Assembly (NCBI GenBank): GCA_951406725.2
Contig: OX597837.1
Location: 6,510,001 to 6,574,000, forward strand
DNA from: Octopus vulgaris
Lineage: Eukaryota
Length of the DNA: 64,000 nt
Direction: 5' to 3'
Part shown: piece after piece, positions 13,611 to 28,085 of the stretch
How positions within the stretch are numbered: position 1 is the first letter of the stretch
How the letters are laid out: each line of letters starts with the position of its first letter
The notes under the pieces: model-generated
The model's input: only the letters and a program-made list of their open reading frames with translations
What the model was told of the DNA's origin: nothing
Databases searched by the model: none
Made by a program: the position numbers and the translations under genes

Positions 13611-13783
13611 ATGTATATATATATAACAAGAGAGACAGAGACAGGCAGAATCAAGGAAAAGGTATCAAACGACTGAAACCGGTATGAAATGTTCTTTATA
13701 AAATTATTTTAGAATTTTCTATCTTGACTTGTTTTTTCATATATATCAACTCGTGTGTTCCTTCTCATCCTTATACACATATA

Positions 13784-13860
<77 letters not shown>

Positions 13861-14085
13861 AGATATAGATAGATATAGATATAGATATAGATATGTATGT
13901 ATATAGATATATGTATATATATATGTATGTATATGTATATATATGTAGATATATATATACATTTATTTACATATTTATATATATATTAGTATATATATTG
14001 CATATGTACATATGTGTTGCGTATACCTATACACACAAACACGCACATATACATAAGTGTGAATGTATGTATGCATGTAATATTG

Positions 14086-14186
<101 letters not shown>

Positions 14187-14666
14187 ATAGCTTTCAGAAA
14201 TAATCCAGATGCTAACATTGATTAGAACAATCCATAAAAGTGATCTTTCGGGAAACATACAAGAATTTTGGTATCTGCAATTAGTAATGGAAAGTCGTAA
14301 AAGAATTATCGATATATCGGCAGATTCCGTTTTCTTTGCTATTTCCCTCCCGTATTTCCAGGGCTACATATAATCAACTGATGTATATGACGCAATCTGT
14401 AAAGACTGCTCACGATTTTCTAGTTCTCTCTTCCGCTGATGAAAATATCACGTGGTATATTTGAAAACTTGTACTTTTGGAGAACGTAATTGATATGCGG
14501 AGGCAAATGTACTCTTATATGGTTATATTCCCATAGGATAAGATAATACTACGTCTATTCGACTGTAAGTAGGTGTTTATATATACACAGTACATCCTCG
14601 ATTTTAGAACAACTGTGATGAAGAGTGAAGCGTACTTTATCTCGTGTCTTACTCATATTCATTTGA

Positions 14667-14712
14667 TACAGTGGTACCACGGTTTACGAACGCCTCTGAT
14701 CACGAATAAGTA
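14667..14712 (+). mobile_element. Tigger/pogo-like terminal fragment
   Basis: TA-CAGTGGTACCACGGTTTACGAAC resembles pogo/Tigger-type TIR starts; no partner end found. Confidence 0.4.
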
Positions 14713-14730
14713 GTGGTTTGTATGTATCTA

Positions 14731-14775
<45 letters not shown>

Positions 14776-14785
14776 CACTCTCTCG

Positions 14786-14819
<34 letters not shown>

Positions 14820-14825
<6 letters not shown>

Positions 14826-15455
14826 ACAAATTAATAAATAAAACATATACATATATGTACGTACCTGCATCTACATGTATATATACATGCATGTATGGGT
14901 ACAGGACGCCAAAAAAACGTCGAACACAATGAGAAACGAAAACAAACACAAAACCAAGGAAATGGGGCATTTTTCTTAAACAACGAAAAAATAGAGTACA
15001 GGACATACAACACTAGGAAAATTCCCCTTCTTCAGTCGCCTCTGTTTCATCTACTCCGCGTTTCGAAGGTCAAGGCGAGACATGAATTCAGTGAAACATT
15101 CCTTCCCGCAAAAAGCAAATTAAATAAAATTTGAGGTTTTTTGCAGAGGGGTAAAAATGGTAGCAAAAATAGGACAGTAAAGACAGTAAAAATTATAAAC
15201 AGTAAAAGACAGGGCAAGGAGAATAACAGTAACACAAACAATGAGGGCTGTTAAGCCAAACGAGAGAAAATATTACGAACGCCTGTTGAGAATGGCAGAG
15301 AGAGACACAGAAAAGCCGTCTACGCTCGGGGGAGCGAGGTCAGAAAGACAGTAGTTTTCTCGTCGCTGGTCAACGACGGGACAGAGGAGGAGTAAGAGAG
15401 AGGGGGGAAAGGGAACGGTTGTAGAGAAAACCAGAAAGAATGAAGAATGAGAGAG
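14820..15455 (-). mobile_element. Diverged copy of the non-coding element at 41161-42302
   Basis: The reverse complement aligns by eye with about 41540-42300 (GAGTAGATGAAAC..GCGACTGAAGAAGGGG; TGTGTTCGACG; AGGTACGTACATATATG). Flanked by TA-rich tracts. Confidence 0.8.
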
Positions 15456-15469
15456 ATACATATGTATAC

Positions 15470-15546
<77 letters not shown>

Positions 15547-15875
15547 CATTGTGACCGAACCTTCGGTGTGTTAACGTGTAGCTCCTTAACATACTCAGAA
15601 AGGGAAGAGTATTTTAGATAATGTATTTACAATATATCCCTAATGCGTTTACCTACAGTTTCGGTCAGTAGCCGTTCACGGGCAGCCAAACAAGAAAGAA
15701 CATTCAGAATGCACAATAATAGGAGGATTTTCCTAGAAGCAAATACATGAAAAATTTCCATCTTTGGAATGGAGTGAGAGATATCATGGACACGATAAAC
15801 GCCGCGATAGCGACAATAAATCTTTGTATATAGTTCTGCTTTATATACGTAATCACATGCATACAAACGCATTTC

Positions 15876-16008
<133 letters not shown>

Positions 16009-16263
16009 GTGCAACACACACACACACACAGAAACACGATCACGCACACAGATATGTATATATACACAAACCTATGAATTTATTCATTTTATTGACCCTA
16101 AGCCACGTGTATCTTTTCAGTGTATTTAAGCATTCCTGTCAGAGGCAATACAAACACATTCCACATATGCGATCACACATTCATAAATTACAAAACTGAA
16201 CAAAATATACATCAGATAAGTGTATATAATATATATATATGTTTGTGTTTATATGTATGTGTG

Positions 16264-16311
<48 letters not shown>

Positions 16312-16457
16312 AACGGCTCGAAATGTTAAACCATCTTTCTTTCTTTCACTGAGCGTCAGCTAATACTTTATATGGACCAACTCCTCGCGATGTTGTGATT
16401 TTGTGTTTGTTCTTTTTAGGATTTACTGTATATATATATATATATATACATATATAA

Positions 16458-16510
<53 letters not shown>

Positions 16511-16637
16511 CACACACATGTATATAAGCATGCATATATATATACGTATATATACATGCGTATTTGTGCACGTGTTTAGACGTACATTCATTTATATAGA
16601 TAGATAAATATATACATATATATATATAGCTAGATAG

Positions 16638-16673
<36 letters not shown>

Positions 16674-17336
16674 GTACATATATACATATATATTCATACT
16701 TACATACATGCATATATATATGTATATATATATATATATTCGTTGCGCCTATCTGTCTATCAGACCGTATTTATTTAATCCTGAAAACCTTTTTTCCAAC
16801 ATTACTGCAATCCTTATACAGAAAGAATGATTCTGCATCACATCACAACCCTCATAATGGAGGGATTGATTGCACAAAACCCACATCGAAATTGTATCTG
16901 CATAATAAGTAATATACGGAAAACGCAAAACGCAAAACGCAAAACAAATTATATTATACCAAAGGACCTGATTAACAACAGCAAATGCAAATACAAATAT
17001 ATATATATGCTTTTTATTTCCTGTTACTTTCCTTTTTCCATGAGCGGATTCGCTTTAGCTCTTTCGATTCTGTCTTTCTCATCGTATGATATAATTCTGT
17101 AAGCCATATACGATTCGTAGTATGCTAGTCTGTAGTATTATAATTTTGTAATTTTCTATAAATTGATGTAACTAATATGATAATACAAAACAGAGCTATA
17201 CAACTGAGCTAAACGAAATGAAATCACTGTTGGTTTTTTTTTTATATATGATCTGCGTACAAAAGGGCAAATATTGGCAAATTTGAGTGATAGCAATGTA
17301 TCTGTTAAAATCTTCCAATCTCGCGCTTTGTTTTCC

Positions 17337-17418
<82 letters not shown>

Positions 17419-17627
17419 TTATCTACCTATCTATATATATGTCTGTCTGCACGTTTCTCTCTCTCTCTCTATCTATCTATCTATATATCTATCTGTCTGT
17501 CTGTCTATCTATCTACCTATATCTCTCTTTCGCTTTATTTCATCTTCCCTCTCGCTCTCTCCACATTTATCCATTTCTTTTTTCCTATCTATTTCTCTTT
17601 TCCAAACTAAGTATATATTATCGGATA

Positions 17628-18060
17628 TAGAGGGTGCGGTGAAGAAACTGTCGTCTCAATTAGGCAAAAATTAATGTAACACTGACATCTCAATTTAGCA
17701 GATATATTTACCCAAATTACATAAGAATATCTTGGAATACAAAAGAGTAAATTTATTCAATAAAATCGCCATTGGCTTCAACCACAGCCTGCAGGAGACT
17801 TCAGAATTTCTTGCAACTCTTCTGGACGGTCTCTTTTAAGTTGTTGAATGCTGCCATAATACTTGCCTTCAGTTTCTCCTTGGTGTGACAAGGAGTCTTG
17901 TTGGTCTCTTGCTCAACTGCCTCCCACACAAAATAACTAAGGGGTATACAGCCTTGGGAATTATGTAGCCAGATTTTAGGGGTGATGTGGTCACAAAAAT
18001 TATCTGACCTCCATGACTGCGTTCTCCTGCTTGTGTGGCATGGTACCTAGTGCTGTTGCC
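17628..18060 (-). mobile_element. Tc1/maT-like transposase 3' relic with terminal repeat
   Basis: Minus strand gives CHTSRRTQSW..IWLHNS(QG/PD)CIPLSYFVWEAVE..LKASIMAAF..AVVEANGDFIE*, a degenerate WPPNSPDLNPLDY motif. End sequence TAGAGGGTGC. Confidence 0.8.
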
Positions 18061-18146
18061 AGAAATAGGATTTGAGATTTGATGAGGTTTGTTATAAACA
18101 ATCTCCAAGATAAAATATCTGCTAAAAATAGCTAGCATCCATTAGC

Positions 18147-18309
<163 letters not shown>

Positions 18310-18389
18310 GAAGAAGAAGAAGAAGAAGAAAGAAGAAGAAGAAGAAGAAGAAGAAGAAGAAGAAGAATTTTAATAATAATAATAATAAT

Positions 18390-18455
<66 letters not shown>

Positions 18456-18459
18456 TTTT

Positions 18460-18641
18460 TGGGGCGGTGGCCAGTCGATTAGATCGACACTAGTACGCGA
18501 CTGGTACTTAATTTATCAATACCGAAAGGATGAAAGACAAAGTCTATCTCGGCGGAATTTGAACTCAGAACGTAAAAAGAGACGAAATACCTCTAAGAAT
18601 TTTGCCCGGCGTGTTAACGTTTCTGCCAGCACACCACTTTT

Positions 18642-18675
<34 letters not shown>

Positions 18676-18940
18676 TGATGATGATGTTGATGATGATGAT
18701 CATGAGGAGGAGGAGGATGTTGAGAATGATAATATTCGTTTCAAATTTTGGTACGAGGCCAGCAAACCCAGGGAAGCAAGTAAATCGATTAGATCGACCC
18801 TAGTCCTCAATTGGTACTTAGTTTTTTCGACCCAGAAAGGATAAACGCGCAAAACGACTTCGGCGGAATTTGAATTCAGACGCTCGGAAAGCCGCTCTGC
18901 GTTTCCCTTCTTTCTGCTGACGATTCTACCATCTCGCGAA
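18460..18940 (-). mobile_element. Two degenerate SINE family B copies (about 18460-18640 and 18745-18940)
   Basis: CTGGTACTTA..GAAAGGATGAAAG..CTCGGCGGAATTTGAACTCAGAACG matches the reverse complement of 22711-22943. Confidence 0.8.
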
Positions 18941-18958
18941 AAATTAATAATAATAATG

Positions 18959-19012
<54 letters not shown>

Positions 19013-19313
19013 GTAATGGTATTCTTTTCAGCTATCATAAAGAGATGCAGTTTGCCTTGAGTTCAGGCGAAACAGAAGAATATAACCCAACATAATAGAA
19101 TAAGCTGTGATACAATACAATGCTTTCACTACAGTGTAATATAATTTGATATAATATCATTTCATATCATACTATATTATATACATATAGTATCGTATAA
19201 GATAATATGATATAATATAATATAGCAATGACGTTACAATGGAGTTCTGTCATACTTAATAACTTTGAACGCCGAACGAAACCACAAGGAGGAAAATAAT
19301 GATGATAATGATA

Positions 19314-19351
<38 letters not shown>

Positions 19352-19731
19352 AATGATGATGATGATGATGATGATAATAATAATAAAGAAGAACAACAGG
19401 AATAAGGAGAAGAACAAGGAGAAGAAAAGAGGTGACTCACTTTAGAAGTAGGGGGTAATGTGGAAAGCGTTGTTTCAATGAGACATTAACTGTAAACAAT
19501 TTGGAAAGGGATATATGTATATATGGCCAGATTGAGTGAAAAACTGGGTGTGTGTATGAGGGTGAGGGAGGAGGGGAAGTGGTTGAGGGTTTTCAAGAAA
19601 ACCCTTCTTTCAATGGGATGCATATATAGATATATATATATACATGTATATATACATACATATATCTATATATATACACACACACAGACAAATATATATA
19701 CGTACATATAAATATATGTTTATATATAAAC

Positions 19732-19763
<32 letters not shown>

Positions 19764-19802
19764 GTGTATATATACATCTATACATGTATTTCGACATATA
19801 CA

Positions 19803-19834
<32 letters not shown>

Positions 19835-20648
19835 TTGTAAAAACGATAAGATAACAAAAGAAAGAGACCTCAGTATTATGTAAATAGAGGAAATATATAT
19901 ATGCATATACATATATATGGAGACACACACACATGTATATATATATTATATATATATATATACCACATGTATATATATATTATATATATATATATACATA
20001 CATAAGTTTGTACATACATATACCATATTTATATATACATGCATGTACATATATATGTACAGAACTCACATGTGTGTATGATGTGATATTTGCGTTTATC
20101 AGTGTACGTGTGTTTGTGTGTGTGTGCTTGAGTGCTTTTGTGAGTGTGTGTCTCTGTTTGTTTGTGTGTGTGTGTGCGCGTTTGAAGGATGAGTACAGAT
20201 TCCCCTGTAACGTTTAGTAATGTTCTATATTTAATATGAAGCTTTTGTTGCACCGCGAAATACAAAAATGAAAAACTTGATCGAATTATGAAAGAATGAA
20301 AGGGTGTCCGTGGTGGTGGTGCTGGTGGTGCTGGTGGTGATGTAACGGTGAGGAGGAAGAGGAGAAGAGGAGGAAGATATAGATGAGGAGCAGGTGCAGG
20401 TGTAGGAGATGGATGAATGCCTGTTGGATGACTGGTTGGCCGGTGAAATAGCTTTGCATTCATACTTAGGGTTTTTACATGTTGGAGATGTGTGTGTGTA
20501 TGTATGTATATAAATATATACATACATATATATATATATGCGTATATATGTGCATACTTGTGTACTAGATACATATATATGTATGTGTGCGCGTACATAT
20601 ATATATATATATATATATAGCTATATATATATGTATAAACATATATGC

Positions 20649-20699
<51 letters not shown>

Positions 20700-20777
20700 C
20701 CTGTACAAATATTGTCATACAAACATGTATACGCATTCATATATATATATATATGTATGTATGTATGTATTTATATA

Positions 20778-20813
<36 letters not shown>

Positions 20814-21317
20814 TGTATAAACACATACTGCACATATGAATAAGTGTATATTCATATAGGTTAGTGTGTGTCCATGTGTGTGCTTGTTCGTGTGGATGCG
20901 CGGTGGTGAAAAATAAATGAATGGGGAGGGGGGCAGCGTGGGAATTGGTGAATAGAAAGAATAAAAGAACGCAAGAATATTTTAGCTGGATAAAATGGAG
21001 GGATGGAGATGTGTATACAAATATATGGATGGATGGATGTATGGATGGCTAAAAGAATGGGACGGTTGAAAGGACGTTATAGATGTGTCGATTGCTGAGC
21101 GGATGTACGAGTCAAGTGAATGAACGAATGGCCGTGTAAGAATTAGATGCTTACAAAAGGGAAGACAATGCGTATTGGTCAAGCGAACTCCATTGTGCTT
21201 TACGCTAAATGAATATTTCCGTTGCTGTAGGAGTTATTGACGTCACACTAGTAAAATAACTGGACGTGTGTATTCACGTATTCAGAGGCTGAACTTTGCA
21301 ACTGTTGTTACTACTGC

Positions 21318-21322
21318 TATTA

Positions 21323-21353
<31 letters not shown>

Positions 21354-21354
21354 A

Positions 21355-21415
<61 letters not shown>

Positions 21416-21449
21416 TTTATTATTATTATTGTTATTATTATTATTATTA

Positions 21450-21484
<35 letters not shown>

Positions 21485-21494
21485 GTTGTTGTTG

Positions 21495-21545
<51 letters not shown>

Positions 21546-21579
21546 TTTATTATTATTATTGTTATTATTATTATTATTA

Positions 21580-21660
<81 letters not shown>

Positions 21661-21748
21661 TCATTATTATTATTGTTGTTGTTGTTATTATTATTATTAT
21701 TATCATTATTATTATTATTATTATCCTTATTATTATTATTATTATTAA

Positions 21749-21784
<36 letters not shown>

Positions 21785-21915
21785 CATCATTATTATGATT
21801 ATTATTATCATCATCATCATCATTATTATCATTATTATTATGATTATTATTATTATTATTATTAATCTTCTTTTTCTTCTTATTATTATTATTATTATTG
21901 ATATTTATTATTATT
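21318..21915. repeat. ~600-bp degenerate (TTA)n microsatellite
   Basis: Read directly; contains an internal higher-order duplication. Confidence 0.95.
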
Positions 21916-22135
21916 GTCGTGGATATGTTAGATAAATATTACACACGGTTACATGCCATACACATATGAAAACGTGTAGCTAACGACGCTATTGTTAAAC
22001 ATTTGCCTCATTAATCAAATTAAACACCATTACACACCACACTCACACACACACACGCACACAAACTCACATGCACACATGCTAACACATATATACATAT
22101 ATATATAAACATATACATGCTCTCGTGTAAGTGCG

Positions 22136-22269
<134 letters not shown>

Positions 22270-22710
22270 TCGTATATAGATGATAGATACGTATGTTCAT
22301 TCATATATATGTGTGTAAGTGAGTGGGTGTCATGTGTTAGAGGAGTGTTTGTCTAGATTAATAAACGGGACGTGAAGCATGAATCTGTATATATGAATGA
22401 TTCGTAATTCCTGAAAAGGTTCAAGAGACAATTGGCTCAAGGGAGGTAAATTTCTAAAGAAGGAGCTTTCCATCGCTCTACAAACGAAAACCAAATGTCT
22501 AAATTTCTATAACAATAATTAAAGAACATGTAACAAATATTTGAAAAAATAACCATTATGTTCCTTTGTCAGGAACTCAGATGAGAGAGGAATATGAATA
22601 GAATATGGAGAACTTTCTCTAAAATATGTGCAGAAGTAGACACACAGACACTCACTCACAACATACAGGCACACACACACACATTATATATATATATATA
22701 TATATGTTGT

Positions 22711-22943
22711 AAGGCGGCGAGTTGGCAGAAACGTTAGCACGCCGGGCGAAATGCGTAGCCGTATTTCGTCGGCCGCTGCGTTCTGAGTTCAAATTCCGCC
22801 GAGGTCGACTTTGCCTTTCATCCTTTCGGGGTCGATTAAATAAGTACCAGTTACGCACTGGGGTAGATATAATCGACTTAATCCGTTTGTCTGTCCTTGT
22901 TTGTCCTCTCTGTGTTTGGCCCCTTGTGGGTAGTAAAGAAATA
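22711..22943 (+). mobile_element. SINE family B, full-length (Meta/MESC-like central domain)
   Basis: A-box-like TGGCAGAAACG and B-box GAGTTCAAATTCC; central GCCTTTCATCCTTTCGGGGTCGATTAAATAAGTACCAG; about 10 related copies in the window. The domain name is from recalled similarity only. Confidence 0.85.
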
Positions 22944-22999
22944 ATTATATATATATATGTTGTCCGTGCAACACTGATATTCCTCCCTGTGCCTGTGAT

Positions 23000-24440
23000 A
23001 TCTTGTATCTCAGCTGTAGGGCGTCATTTCCACACACGCCATCTTAATTTAATTCGTCCTTAGTCGAAAGACACCTGTTGTTATGTCCGGTTATTATTTT
23101 TATTGTATTTGTGTAACATTGTCCCGTTTTTTCCCGTCCTTGTGTTTGTATACATTCGTTGCTGTCTTCCAAGGAGTCTGGTGGTCTAAGCTTGGTTTTT
23201 CCTTGGGGCTGTAATCTAGATAAAGTAACTGCAGATTTCTCAATAGTTCGGCGTAGGTAATCCCTTTTTGACTGACCTTCAGCTTTCTGTTAACATCCGT
23301 TGAGCAGCTAAGTACCACAACAGTACACAGTCTCTCTTCTCTATCCTAAATCATTATACAAGGTCTGTTGTACTTAAATTTTCTCGAGGTCTTCACTGGG
23401 ACATTCCACTTTAACTCTCTTTTATTATGAACGCCTATGGGTTCTACCATACTGTGGGTTCTTATTTCTTTGTCCTCGGGGTTATCCTTCCGACGAATTT
23501 CATTAGAAAATGTCCTAGCTACAGCATCATGTCTCATCGGTAGGTAAACGGTAATGACATTTTCAGAAAAAGGCTTGTAATGTGGGAGATATCTTCGGTG
23601 TTAACTCCACAAAGTCTGCATAGATTGCCAGAGTTTACTGATTTTCCTGCAATTCTATCACTTTTCTCCAGCAGGTATTTGGTTGATAATACCTGCTGGG
23701 AGGTAGTAATCCGGCTATTGGTTCATGATATCCTGCATTGATGATCAATGTTACTCTCCTCTCGGAGCTTTCTACTAACATATTCACACAGAGTCTTCTG
23801 CTCATATATGCTCATCCTTTCATCTGATGATACGTTACTGGAGAGTCGTGGAACTTCCTTGGGCAAGTATTCTAGTTTATCAGACAAGGAATGTTGCTCA
23901 AGGTTCTGCCCTCCAAGTTTTATGATGTTTTCAGCCTCATATATGCAAATTTAGTCAAGGGATGTATTTCGACGCTTGGTTGTTAAAAAATCTTGTCGAA
24001 AAGATACGATACGATATTCAAAGGCATTTTGGATCGATGTTAAGCGTCAGCCATCTTGTTTTCGTTTTAGGCAGAGCAGTCTACATCACCGTTTATGTGG
24101 AAATTATGTGCGCTTGTTAGTATGATTCGGGTTTCCATATTAATGGCTCGGATCTCATCAAGCGTTCAATCAAGCAACCCAAATATGGATATGAGTACTA
24201 GCACTGAAAACACATTCTGGGCCACTGTTTTATTGAATGCAGAAAGATTTGAGGTTCAAATTTTCTTTATTCGGCTGTAATTTTCTTTAGTGACACATGT
24301 TTTGTTACAGGTGCAATTGTAAGTTACGCTTTCATTCACCCCTAGATACCTGTAACATTCCTCGTCAGATATAGGGAAAACAGTCAAGTTATTGATGGAG
24401 ATGTTGCTAGTCTGGTTTACACTTCTTCCCTTTTCAGAAC
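23000..24440 (-). mobile_element. Degenerate RLE-type non-LTR retrotransposon (second family), 3' part
   Basis: Minus-strand frames give YRYLG (RT end, about 24345), CRLCGVNTEDISH (CCHC), RHDAVAR..WNVPVKT..NRP(C/D)IMI and LSC..D.N..K...K...YAELLRNL; many stops and frameshifts. Confidence 0.85.
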
Positions 24441-24872
24441 CATGTATGTATGTATGTATGTATGTATGTATGTATGTATGTATGTATGTACGTACAATGT
24501 GCTTCCAAAGTGTTTCTATTGGTCTGGGAGTCTCATAGAAAACAAGCTTTTCAGAATGAACAGAAAACTATTCGATTTGGAACCGAACTTTTTAGACTCG
24601 CACCGATGCCTATTCATCTAAAAATATTTTGATATGCGTATGTATGTATGTGTATATATGCATGTATATACATATACATACGTATATATATATACATATA
24701 TATTTATATATACACATATATGCATATATATATACACACGTAAACATATGTGTATAATTATATATCTGTTTATATCTTTACATGTACATACGCACACACG
24801 CACACAAACACTCACACATATGTATGTATGTATATATGTATTTATATATATATATTATATATATACTATTAT

Positions 24873-24931
<59 letters not shown>

Positions 24932-26011
24932 GAGAGAGAGAGAGACAGATACACAGACATATATATGAACATAGACTAGGACACTCGCACAAATACATGT
25001 TTATATATACATTCGCATACGTTGAATATCACAGAGGTTATCATGAAAAATGTGTGGTTCATAGCTAGATATTAGAAGATAGAAGAGTCGATGCAGTATG
25101 GGCCAACATTATCTAGAATGTCCCAAGTTAGCATAAACACCAAATAAAAGACAGAAAAATAGGGTCAGCTGATAGCAAGGTCATTTTTTGCCGTTGACCT
25201 TTACCAGGCCTACGTAGCCTGTGATTTCTCTCTTTCTCTCTCGGTCTCTCTTTCTGTCCCTCTCACTCGCCACTATTCGCTCTCTCTCTCTCTCCATCTC
25301 TCTCCCTCTTTGTCTCTCCATCTCTCTCCCTCTTTGTCTCTCTCTCTCTCTCTCTCTCTCAGAAGTCACTCTGTCTTCCTCATTCTTTCACTGTTTTGTA
25401 CGCATGTCCTATGATCGTTTATTAAAATGCATCCCCTTCTCACTCACACTCGCTTTCTGTTTCACTTAGTCAGTAATAAGTGTCTTTCTCTTTCTCTCTC
25501 TGTCTCTGTCTCTCTCTCTCTGTCTCTCTCTCATCTTTACCCCTCATTCTACCACTGTTTTGTCCATTCTTATCTCTGATTCACTATGTATTAAAAATGT
25601 CTTCCTCTCAAACTCTCTTCTGTCTCTGCCTCTCAAACCTCGTATATATATATATATATATTTATATATCTTCCTAACTCTTCCTAACTCTTCCTTACAC
25701 ACACACAGAGTGTCTCTCTATCTCTCTCTTTATGTTATCTACCGAAATGTCTATCTATCTCTCTTACTGTCTTTCTCGTACCTACTGTTTTAATCATTAT
25801 CTAAACTCATTGTTTAAACTTTTTTCTTTACAGAAATTTCTTAATATCTTTTCTGGTGACGTCGAGGTTTTCTTTTTTATCCCCTTTTCTTATTCTTTTC
25901 TTCTTTGAGTTCATCTCCGCCATTCTCCCCGAATACAGTTGCCTACGCACCCATAAAATATATATAAATATATCTACGTCAGTTTTGCGTATTTATGTAT
26001 TTGCGTTCTAC

Positions 26012-26051
<40 letters not shown>

Positions 26052-26159
26052 TGTAAAGTGTATGTGTGGTATGTGTGTATATAAACTTATATTTATATTC
26101 GTATATATCCGTATCTACTTCAATCCTCTTTCCGACGAAGAGCCATGCTCGAAACGTCA

Positions 26160-26570
26160 CTCTTCATAAAATATATAAAACATTACATGAATAAGTGGCA
26201 AACAGTGCTACAGGGCCGGACAAAAGAGGAACTCATAAAAACCAAAGCCATCCTCATTACAAGTAGAATATTCCAAAGAGATACCACAATCTCTCCTCTC
26301 CTGTTCTGCTTGGCACTGACACCTTTATCTGACATGCTAAACAGAACTGGATATGGATACAACTGTTATAGCCAAGCAATCAGCAGTCTCTTGTATATGG
26401 ATGATCTAAAATGTATGCTGCAAATGGTAAACAGGTGGAAACATTATTTCAGACAATACATGGATTTGCCAGCGAAATAAACACTAAAGAATATCAACAG
26501 AAAAAAGATGGTATATGCATATCCGAGAAAATGTCACAGTAAATGAGAAAGCAACCATATTCTGGGATAT
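26160..26570 (+). pseudogene. Reverse-transcriptase core fragment of an R4/Dong-like element
   Basis: RIFQRD.ISPLLFCLALTPLS..L (degenerate GIFQGD.LSPLLF) and LLYMDDLK catalytic motif. Confidence 0.88.
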
Positions 26571-26611
26571 GCCAAGACACACGGATGAAGAAAACAAGGC
26601 TGATAGGCTAT

Positions 26612-27030
26612 ATACTCTTTACTCTTTTACTCTTTTACTTATTTCAGTCATTTGACTGCGGCCATGCCGGAGCACCGCCTTTAGTCGAGCAAATCGACCC
26701 CGGGACTTATTCTTTTTGTAAGCCCAGTACTTATTCTATTGGTCTCCCTTGACGAACCACTAAGTGACGGGGACATAAACACACCAGCATCGGTTGTCAA
26801 GCAATGCTAGGGGGATAAACACAGACACACAAACACACACACATACACACATATATATATACATATATACGACAGGCTTCTTTCAGTTTCCGTCTACCAA
26901 ATCCACTCACAAGGCATTGGTCGGCCCGGGGCTATAGCAGAAGACATTTGCCCAAGATGCCACGCAGTGGGACTGAACCCGGAAACATGTGGTTGGTTAG
27001 CAAGCTACTTACCACACAGCCACTCCTACG

Positions 27031-27033
<3 letters not shown>
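26612..27033 (-). mobile_element. SINE family A, full-length
   Basis: tRNA-like head (A box TGGCTGTGTGG, B box GGTTCAGTCCC), CORE-like CTTGGGCAA segment, internal TA/TG microsatellite and GAGTAAAA-type tail. Confidence 0.92.
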
Positions 27034-27126
<93 letters not shown>

Positions 27127-27444
27127 AAACAATATGTCGGTGTTTTTTTCTGTCTGTATTTGTCGCCAGTCCTTGTCAACGAATGTTGGATTGTTTGCGT
27201 CTCCCTGAGCGGGTCGACGAACGAGACTGATATGTGCGAGTAAAGCCTTCCATCGATAGCCTAGCATAGCCACAGTCCAAAGACTAAAACAACCGATTAA
27301 GCATAAAGCGCATACAACACGACTTACCACCTTAAGAAAGAGAAATAAAAAATAAACCCACAAAAACAAACGGGAGAATTATGACGAGATGGTCGTGAAC
27401 CAAACATATTTGATCATATGCTTAGACAAAAACAACAGCAACAA

Positions 27445-28085
27445 CAACCTAAAGCTCCACGAGGCTCCGGCAGGTGGGGGTGGCGACCCCTGTTGTACTC
27501 TTTCGCTCCAACTTTCTCTCACTCTTTCTTCCTGTTTCCTGTCCCCGACTTCCTACGCAACTGCTGAGCCTGGATGCGAATTCATCCATCCATCGATGCT
27601 CTCGGTGTCGGGGGTTGACCTGCTTTCTCTTCTGCGGGTCTTACGAATAGCAAAAGGACCTCGTTTCGGACTTGTCCCACTAGCACGAAGACCGTTCGCT
27701 CAACAATAACTGAAACAGTAACAGCTGTGGAGGCGCAATGGCCCAGTGATTAGGGCAGCGGACTCGCGGTCGGAGGTTCGCGGTTTCGATTCCCAGACCG
27801 GTCGTTGTGTGTGTTTATTGAGCGAAAACACCTAAAGTTCCACGAGGCTCCGGCAGGGGGTGGTGGCGACCCCTATTGTACTCTCTCACTATTTCCTCCT
27901 GTTTCTTGTCCCCGACTTCCTACGCAACCGCTGAGCCTGGATGCGCATTCATCCATCCGTCGATGCTCTCGGTGTCGGGGTTTGACCTGCTTTCTCTTCT
28001 GCGTGTCTTACGAATAGCAAAGGACCACCTTTCGGACTTCTCCCATCTCGCGAGCTCTGGGACGAAGACCGTTCGCTCAACAGTC
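27445..28085 (+). mobile_element. SINE family C: headless copy (27445-27706) followed by a full copy (27729-28085)
   Basis: Head GGAGGCGCAATGGCCCAGTG.TTAGGGCAGCGGACTCGCGG..GGTTTCGATTCCC is tRNA-derived. The body ACCTAAAG.TCCACGAGGCTCCGGCAGG is repeated; tails are CAA-rich. Confidence 0.88.

Noticed and set aside
14425-14485. CTGATGA-AAATAT..ATATTT-GAAA motif
   Set aside because: Stem II is good, but stems I and III do not pair in register.
15646-15690. Minus-strand GTGAACGG..CCGAAACTGTA, a possible second G3:C8 HHR
   Set aside because: A9 is missing, stem II has only 2 bp and stem I is out of register.
26122-26165. CCGACGAAGAGC-CAT-GCTCGAAACGTC minimal HHR
   Set aside because: The stem I 3' strand is absent (junction with the RT fragment), so it is not a complete ribozyme.
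27729-27800. tRNA gene
   Set aside because: No acceptor stem closure, and it continues into a repeated body; it is a SINE head. The same applies to families A and B.
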